From an uncultured archaeon (GTDB taxonomy: Archaea; Asgardarchaeota; Thorarchaeia; Thorarchaeales; Thorarchaeaceae): 64,000 nt of DNA. The DNA is taken from contig CAYYQL010000002.1 of assembly GCA_964473825.1 (NCBI GenBank), positions 64,001-128,000 on the forward strand. The letters are read 5' to 3'. Positions 57,958-64,000 of this stretch are shown piece by piece; positions within the stretch are counted from its first letter, which is position 1, and each line of letters begins with the position of its first letter. A program made the position numbers and the translations under genes. The notes beneath the pieces are model-generated. The model ran no database searches and was not told where the DNA came from. It was given only the letters and a program-made list of their open reading frames with translations.

Positions 57958-58153
57958 GATGTCCGAAGATGGCTGTCAGACCTCTCTTGAGTGGATTTTT
58001 TTCTCAGACAGAAGATAGTTTCTGGTATGCATCGTGGGGTAGCAGACAGCCGCTGAGGACAATGGCTGTGGAATCAGCTAGTTGTCGAAGGAAGAGTTCA
58101 AAAGCAGCGATTATCTACCGCGCTTTAGAGCTTCAATCTACGAGAGTGAGAGA

Positions 58154-59095
58154 ATGGGCAAAGGTTCCGGAAAGGGAAAGACCATACTCTTCGGCGAGCA
58201 CTTTGTTGTTTATGGGCTTCCTGCCATAGCCGCAGGAATCTCGTCTGAAACTACTGCCGAAGTTACAAGAACGAACAAACCAGGGTGGACGCTGGTTGAT
58301 AACAGACCTGCGATGCCGGGCTACAAGGACGAAAAAGCAGACGAACAAGAAGTATCCATCAGAAATGTCATCGATTTCACCGGAGTAGATATCTCTGAGA
58401 GAGGGATCCATATCAGGTTTAGTGGAGACCTTGTCTGTGCCTCTGGAATTGGAGCAAGTGCAGCAAGTTGTGTTGCTCTTGCGAGAGCACTCAATGAGGA
58501 GTTTGACCTTGGCTATGATGACGAGAAGATTAATGAGGCTGCATACGAGGGAGAGAAGGGGTATCATGGTACACCGTCGGGAATAGATAACACATCATCT
58601 ACCTTTGGAGGGCTTGTGTGGTACATTCGCAATCTCAAGGGAGGGGCGCCCTATTTTGACAGGATGAAGCTGGAAGAACCGGTTCATCTAGTGATTGCAT
58701 CAACGGGGTTAACAGCAAGCACCAAAGAAGTAGTGGGAGATGTGAGGGTCAAGAAGGATCAAAATCCCGAATGGTTTGAGAAGATAGAGAACGAGTACAA
58801 TGATGTTGTGCATGAGGGACGAGAAGCGCTGCTCAGCATGAACCTGAAAAAGGTTGGAGCGCTCATGGATAGAAACCATGATCTTCTGCGCCAACTGACA
58901 GTTTCTTGCCAAGAGCTTGACAGCTTGGTCGATGCGGCACGAAAGAGTGGTGCACTCGGCGCTAAGATGACGGGGACAGGACGAGGGGGCAACATGATTG
59001 CTATCGCACATAACGAAGAGGCAGCGAAGATAGTTACATCGGCTCTTGAAGATGCGGGAGCTGCAGGTGTCTGGACAACCTCATTTGGTGTCTGA
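58154..59095 (+). CDS. mvk: mevalonate kinase
   Basis: GKTILFGEHFVVYG, SGIGASAA, HGTPSGID, GAKMTGTGRGG. Confidence 0.93.
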   Translation: MGKGSGKGKTILFGEHFVVYGLPAIAAGISSETTAEVTRTNKPGWTLVDNRPAMPGYKDEKADEQEVSIRNVIDFTGVDISERGIHIRFSGDLVCASGIGASAASCVALARALNEEFDLGYDDEKINEAAYEGEKGYHGTPSGIDNTSSTFGGLVWYIRNLKGGAPYFDRMKLEEPVHLVIASTGLTASTKEVVGDVRVKKDQNPEWFEKIENEYNDVVHEGREALLSMNLKKVGALMDRNHDLLRQLTVSCQELDSLVDAARKSGALGAKMTGTGRGGNMIAIAHNEEAAKIVTSALEDAGAAGVWTTSFGV

Positions 59096-59108
59096 GAGGT
59101 GGAAAGAA

Positions 59109-60413
59109 GTGATTCTGGAGAATTATCTAAACCAATTAAGAGAAATGGGAGAAATCCGTATTGTGGACCAACCTATCTCGAAGCACTTGGAGATTGCTGC
59201 TGTACTCAACCAAGTGCAGCCTGAAACGGTACTCTTTGAGAATGTTAAGGAGTCTGAATTTCGGGTAGTGGGAAATCTGTTTTGCACAAAACAGCAGATT
59301 GCATCATATTTTGGCATAGGTGTTCAGGACATCATCCCGACCTTGACTGAGGCGATTGTAAAGCGATCACAACCAGAAGAGGTCGCTAACGCGGCATGTC
59401 AGGAAGTTGTTGAGGATAAGGTTGACCTATCCAAGTTGCCGATTCTTCTACATAATGAGGTGGATGGAGGGCCGTACATATCCTCAGGAGTTGTGGTGGC
59501 ATCTCATCCAGATTACGGGCAGAACTTAGATTTTCACCGAGCCATGCAGATTGATAATGATAGAATGGTCACTCGTGTTGTAAAGGGGCGAGATTTCCAT
59601 GGATTTCTCGAGAAGGAGGGCGAACTCGACGTGGCTTTTTGTATCGGAAACACGCCTGAAATCCTGATTGCGGCCGCTACATCAGTGGAAACCGGCATCA
59701 ATGAATTAGAGATTGCAAATGCTTTGCGAAGAACAAGGGTCACCAAGGCCAAGACTGTAGACTTGTCAATTCCAGCAGATTGTGAGTTCGTCTTGGAGGG
59801 AACTGTGTACTTGGAAGAGAAACATGACGAGGGGCCCTTCATCGATCTGACTGAAACAGTAGATGTCGTGCGTCAAGAACCTGTCTTTGAAGTCAAGAAG
59901 ATTACACATAGGAAGGCAGGAATTTGGCAAGCACTCCTGCCGGGCAAACTGGAACACAAGCTATTGATGGGCATGCCCAGAGAGCCTACGGTGTTTCGCA
60001 AAGTCAAGGAACGAGGAGTTGACGTTCTTGACGTCTATATCACACCCGGTGGGGCAAGCTGGCTACACATTGCGGTCAAGATAGACAAGAAACATGAGGA
60101 TGATGGACTGAGGGCAATCGAGGCAGCATTCCAGGGACATACTAGCGGCAAACATGTATGGGTATACGACAAGGATATCGACATCTATGACGAGCGAGAG
60201 AGAGAATGGGCCATGGCAACAAGGTTTCAAGCTGATGAGGATCTTCTCGTGAAAGATAGAGAGCCGGGGAGTTCGCTGGATCCAAGCGCAGAGCCGGGTA
60301 CAAAGATGACCACAAAGGTAGGATTTGACTGCACTAGGAGCATGGAAACAAAAGGGAAGAGCTTTGCCAAGGCAGAATTCCCAGCTGTAGATTTGGCGAA
60401 ATTCATGGGGTGA
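59109..60413 (+). CDS. UbiD-family decarboxylase, probable anhydromevalonate phosphate decarboxylase
   Basis: DGGPYISSG, HR, EFVLEG, EGPF motifs; operon context with mvk and AcnX. Confidence 0.85.
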   Translation: MILENYLNQLREMGEIRIVDQPISKHLEIAAVLNQVQPETVLFENVKESEFRVVGNLFCTKQQIASYFGIGVQDIIPTLTEAIVKRSQPEEVANAACQEVVEDKVDLSKLPILLHNEVDGGPYISSGVVVASHPDYGQNLDFHRAMQIDNDRMVTRVVKGRDFHGFLEKEGELDVAFCIGNTPEILIAAATSVETGINELEIANALRRTRVTKAKTVDLSIPADCEFVLEGTVYLEEKHDEGPFIDLTETVDVVRQEPVFEVKKITHRKAGIWQALLPGKLEHKLLMGMPREPTVFRKVKERGVDVLDVYITPGGASWLHIAVKIDKKHEDDGLRAIEAAFQGHTSGKHVWVYDKDIDIYDEREREWAMATRFQADEDLLVKDREPGSSLDPSAEPGTKMTTKVGFDCTRSMETKGKSFAKAEFPAVDLAKFMG

Positions 60414-61606
60414 ATATTGTGGGACTAAGACTCGCTGCTGAAGAAAAGGAGATGCTTAGTGGAAAACACGGCAATGCAACAGCAAAAGCTATGGAGATCA
60501 TCACTACGCTGGGCGAGATATATGGGGCTGAACGTCTGATTCCGGTGTCTAGTGTCCAGATAGCGGGAGTTTCATACCATAACTTGGGTGAGGCAGGGCT
60601 TGAATATCTGGCTAAGATGGCAGAAGATGGCCAGACAAGGGTCCTCACTACGCTGAACCCAGCTGGTATGGATTTAGAAGAATGGAAGAAACATGGGATA
60701 TCTCCAGACTTTGCAGCCAACCAGCAGCGAGTGGTTGAGGCCTTCGCTAAGATGGGAGTAATAACTACCTGTACGTGTACCCCCTATCTTGTCGGGAATC
60801 TACCACACTATGGGGAGCATATTGCGTGGGCTGAATCTTCCGCGGTCTGTTTCGCAAATTCGGTCATTGGCGCACGAACAAATCGAGAAGGAGGACCTAG
60901 TGCACTTGCTGCTGCCCTTACGGGTCGAACGGCTGAGTACGGGCTCCATCTTGATGAGAACCGAGTTGCTGAAGTCAAGTATGAAATAGAAGCCGAGCTG
61001 CGGAATACGGATGATTTCGGTCTCCTAGGGCAAGTGATAGGACAACGGACCAAGAATGCCATTCCATACATCGCAGGTATTCCTCATGCAACCACGGAAC
61101 AACTCAAGTCGTTTTGTGCATCTGTTGCAACATACGGAGGGGTAGCATTGTTCCATATGGAGGGAATGACTCCCAATCGAACTCCCATTCCCAATAGGAC
61201 TGAGGCGGTCACCAATAACGACATAGATGATGCACGCGGGGAACTAGATGACAGAGGGGCAACGATTGATTTCATCAGTATCGGGTGCCCACACGCAAGC
61301 ATTGGCGAGATTGCAAGGATTGCTAAGATGTTAGATGGAAAGAAGGTATCCAAGAAGAAGACGCTCTGGATAACAACCGCAAAGCCAACAAAGGATCTTG
61401 CAATTAAGATGGGATACTACGACATAATCGAAAAGGCCGGAGCATATCTTGTAAGTGATGCCTGTTGTGCAGTCGCGCCCTTGAAGGGGAGATTCACAGG
61501 CCTCATGACCGATTCTGCAAAGGCATGCTTCTATGCCCGCGGTAAGAACAATTTCAAGACTGAGATAAGGACTGTCGAAGAATGTATAGAGGAGGCGATA
61601 TCATGA
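60410..61606 (+). CDS. aconitase X catalytic subunit, probable phosphomevalonate dehydratase large subunit
   Basis: TTLNP, TCTCTPY, AWAESSA, GARTNRE, IGCPH, TDSAK. Confidence 0.9.
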   Translation: MNIVGLRLAAEEKEMLSGKHGNATAKAMEIITTLGEIYGAERLIPVSSVQIAGVSYHNLGEAGLEYLAKMAEDGQTRVLTTLNPAGMDLEEWKKHGISPDFAANQQRVVEAFAKMGVITTCTCTPYLVGNLPHYGEHIAWAESSAVCFANSVIGARTNREGGPSALAAALTGRTAEYGLHLDENRVAEVKYEIEAELRNTDDFGLLGQVIGQRTKNAIPYIAGIPHATTEQLKSFCASVATYGGVALFHMEGMTPNRTPIPNRTEAVTNNDIDDARGELDDRGATIDFISIGCPHASIGEIARIAKMLDGKKVSKKKTLWITTAKPTKDLAIKMGYYDIIEKAGAYLVSDACCAVAPLKGRFTGLMTDSAKACFYARGKNNFKTEIRTVEECIEEAIS

Positions 61607-61995
61607 AGCTGGAGGGGCGAAAGATCTTCAGAGGCAGGACGACTGGTGAGGTCCTGTTCAGTTCGGAAGAGATCTCGTTTTACGGAGGGTGTGATCCAGA
61701 AACCGGTGAGATTGTGGAAAAGAACCACCCTCTTGAGGGAAAATCGGTTTCAGGGAAAATACTTGTCTTTCCCACTGGAAAAGGAAGCACAGTTGGGTCC
61801 TATGTTCTCTATGCGCTCAGCAAAGCCGGGATGGGGCCTTTGGCAATCATCAACGAAACAACTGATCCAGTGGTTGCCGTAGGCTGTATAATCGGAGAGA
61901 TACCTGCTATAGATAAAGTAGATATCAACAAGTTAGAGAACGGACAGAAAGTGGAGGTTGACGCCGACGCTGGCGTCGTTTCAATACTGAAGTAG
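61603..61995 (+). CDS. aconitase X swivel subunit (DUF126), probable phosphomevalonate dehydratase small subunit
   Basis: ISFYGGCDP.TG, GKGSTVGS. Confidence 0.9.
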   Translation: MKLEGRKIFRGRTTGEVLFSSEEISFYGGCDPETGEIVEKNHPLEGKSVSGKILVFPTGKGSTVGSYVLYALSKAGMGPLAIINETTDPVVAVGCIIGEIPAIDKVDINKLENGQKVEVDADAGVVSILK

Positions 61996-61998
61996 TAA

Positions 61999-62634
61999 TC
62001 AAAGCCGCTGTAATTGCGGCTCAAAGTCTTCAGGTGTAAAAGCAACCTCCTCATCCATTGGAATATCCCCTCTCTCACGAAGTACCTGCCGTGTCAGTAG
62101 GAAGTAGATGAGCGCCAATGCCTTTCGACCTCTGTTATTTGTGGGAATTACAAAGTCAACATTGGTAGTCACATTGTCTGTATCACAGAGTGCAGCCACT
62201 GGAACACCAATTCTAGCTGCCTCGGTGAGTGCTTGTTGATCAGTCCTTGGGTCGGTTAGAATCACCAGTTCGGGCTCTATGTATGTCCTCGGACCCGCTA
62301 TGTTGGCGTTTGTCAAAGTACCAGGAACGAAGCGTTCTGTGAATGCATTTGCCCCGATGTAGTAGGCAAAGGTTTCGACGGGCCGTTTTCCATAGACACG
62401 TCCCGATATGACTGCAATCTTGTCCGAGTTGAACCTAGCAATGAACTTGCCGGCTGTCCGGATTCGTTCATCAGTCTTGCGCACATCGAGTACGTAGAGA
62501 CCTATGGGGCGTTGGCGATAGACAAAGGGCTCCATATCTTGCGTCTTGACCTGAGTACCAATATGACAACCAGCTGCAAGGTATTTGTCCATCGCTATCA
62601 GCAGGTCAGCATCTGAGATTTCCATTTCGCTCAT
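61999..62634 (-). CDS. rps2: 30S ribosomal protein S2
   Basis: YLAAGCHIGT, RFVPGTLTN, DPRTD.QA, IPTNNRG. Confidence 0.97.
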   Translation of the reverse strand: MSEMEISDADLLIAMDKYLAAGCHIGTQVKTQDMEPFVYRQRPIGLYVLDVRKTDERIRTAGKFIARFNSDKIAVISGRVYGKRPVETFAYYIGANAFTERFVPGTLTNANIAGPRTYIEPELVILTDPRTDQQALTEAARIGVPVAALCDTDNVTTNVDFVIPTNNRGRKALALIYFLLTRQVLRERGDIPMDEEVAFTPEDFEPQLQRL

Positions 62635-62635
62635 T

Positions 62636-62851
62636 CTAGTTCTCCTCCACTATTTCAGATGTGGCGAATGCCATGAAGCTGTCAATGATGTCGATGTGAG
62701 ACAGCAACATACGCCGACAGCAATATCGATGTAGACCGAGGCGATCAAGAACGACAGCCGGGTCTTCACCTTGCCTTACTTCACGCCTGAATTCCTCAAA
62801 CTTATCCGCGACTACTTTTCCGCATGTGAAACAACGTACTGGAATTATCAT
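62636..62851 (-). CDS. rpoN: RNA polymerase subunit N (Rpo10)
   Basis: [12 protein letters not shown]...RYCCRRMLL. Confidence 0.97.
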   Translation of the reverse strand: MIIPVRCFTCGKVVADKFEEFRREVRQGEDPAVVLDRLGLHRYCCRRMLLSHIDIIDSFMAFATSEIVEEN

Positions 62852-62864
62852 ATCTCTGGCCACC

Positions 62865-63263
62865 TCATCTGTACGACTTCTGATAGCGTGAACGTGCTGA
62901 GGGTCCACCGAACTTCTTGGGTTCTGTTCTTCGGGGATCCCCAACAAGCATGGTTCGGTCATGATCCAACATCTTGGACCGCGCCTCGAAATTCTGACTC
63001 ATTCTTATTAGACCTGTGGCTACTGCCATTCGGATTGCATCGGCTTGGCCCATGAATCCTCCACCATGCACTCTGACTCCTATGTCGTATCGTTTCCAAT
63101 CATCTCCAAAGAGCATAAGTGGTTCCATAATCCTAAAACGAGCAATCTCTGGCTGATATATCTCAAGTGGTTGCCCATTGATTCTGATTCTGCCGGAACC
63201 GTCTTTGATGGTAGCCTTAGCCAATGAAGTCTTTCTCTTTCCTGTGGTAACTACTACTCGCAT
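62865..63263 (-). CDS. rps9: 30S ribosomal protein S9
   Basis: [32 protein letters not shown]. Confidence 0.98.
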   Translation of the reverse strand: MRVVVTTGKRKTSLAKATIKDGSGRIRINGQPLEIYQPEIARFRIMEPLMLFGDDWKRYDIGVRVHGGGFMGQADAIRMAVATGLIRMSQNFEARSKMLDHDRTMLVGDPRRTEPKKFGGPSARSRYQKSYR

Positions 63264-63264
63264 T

Positions 63265-63726
63265 CTATGCTACCCCCTTTCTCTTCCAACCAAGCTCACG
63301 ACTGAGTTCCTCGACCGTGATGTGTTTTCCTGTTAGACTGCTATACCGGGAACCCTCTAGAACTATCATTTCTTTCTCCAAATACTGTTCTGGTATGCCT
63401 ATGAAGACATGGATGCGTTTGTAGGCTTCTTTTCCACGAGGTCTGGGCCAAGGGAGCATTCCACGAATCATCTTTCGCACCATCTTGTCGGGGCGCCTCT
63501 CATGAAATGGGCCTTTACGCGGGTTGTACGAGGTTCGGATGTCGCGTTTTTCCTTGTGTGCCTTGATGACCGTTCTTCTGTCACCTGTTAGTATCGCCTT
63601 CTCGGCATTCACGATAACGACCTTGTTTCCTAGAATAGCGGCCTTTGCAGCCTTAGACGCAAGTCTGCCTACGACCATGTTTTCGGCATCGAATATCTTA
63701 ACTGATTGTTCGCTCATCAAAACCAC
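63265..63726 (-). CDS. rpl13: 50S ribosomal protein L13
   Basis: DA...VGRLAS, VNAEKA, GPFH.R.P...RGMLP. Confidence 0.97.
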   Translation of the reverse strand: MVLMSEQSVKIFDAENMVVGRLASKAAKAAILGNKVVIVNAEKAILTGDRRTVIKAHKEKRDIRTSYNPRKGPFHERRPDKMVRKMIRGMLPWPRPRGKEAYKRIHVFIGIPEQYLEKEMIVLEGSRYSSLTGKHITVEELSRELGWKRKGVA

Positions 63727-64000
63727 CTATGCAATTATCGTGACACCAGTTCCACTGGGAACCTGCGAGATTAGCTCATCAATCGTGATTAAAGAGCCTC
63801 CCGCTGTTATTATCATTGATCGAGCTGTTGTGGATGCGTTCAGTGCTGCGACCGTCACCTTATGAGTGAGTGTTCCGGAACCGAGTACCTTTCCTGGCAC
63901 CACAACAATATCACCATCCTTTGTGTGCCGCTCTATCTTTCCAATATTGACTGTGGCACGCTTCCTTGATGGTCTTGCAACAAGCTCGGCAACGCGTTTC
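63727..64000 (-). CDS. rpl18e: 50S ribosomal protein L18e, partial (5' end outside the window)
   Basis: Reverse translation ...VNIGKI...VVPGKVLGSG...VTVAALNAS...AGGSLITIDELI...TIIA*; canonical position before rpl13. Confidence 0.92.
   Translation of the reverse strand, partial: KRVAELVARPSRKRATVNIGKIERHTKDGDIVVVPGKVLGSGTLTHKVTVAALNASTTARSMIITAGGSLITIDELISQVPSGTGVTIIA

Noticed and set aside
62852-62962. N-terminally extended RpoN (108 aa in the ORF track)
   Set aside because: The extension overlaps rps9; the canonical start MIIPVRC is at 62851

Overview
Archaeal chromosomal window, most likely from an Asgard archaeon (Thorarchaeia-like). This is inferred from archaeal core genes (PolD DP2, RadB, CarS, aIF2alpha, Nop10, Rpo10, archaeal ribosomal proteins) together with eukaryote-like STT3, OSTC/DC2, PAC4, Sec61beta and Elf1 homologues. 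Positions ~21.9-64 kb are mostly housekeeping: one-carbon/folate metabolism, translation, N-glycosylation, replication/repair, the archaeal mevalonate pathway and a ribosomal operon. Positions ~3.4-21.7 kb form an accessory island directly downstream of tRNA-Lys(CTT). Its left end carries the most striking locus: an intact, oversized (718 aa) TnpB/Cas12-like RuvC nuclease with no TnpA, cas1/2 or CRISPR array nearby. A structured, omega-RNA-like 3' region runs from this gene up to the tRNA 3' end. The gene is transcribed divergently from an intact 1555-aa protein with a RecB/Cas4-type PD-(D/E)XK nuclease motif and a degenerate P-loop-like domain. The rest of the island is partly decaying defence-type cargo: a Lamassu/ABC-3C-like REase with an in-frame amber codon, a HEPN protein, two Schlafen/AlbA_2 proteins and a STAND pseudogene. 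A second notable structure is a pair of ~180-bp near-identical, structured inverted repeats (47691-47875 and 49988-50162) bracketing sufS-elf1. All assignments come from reading motifs by eye; no searches were run.
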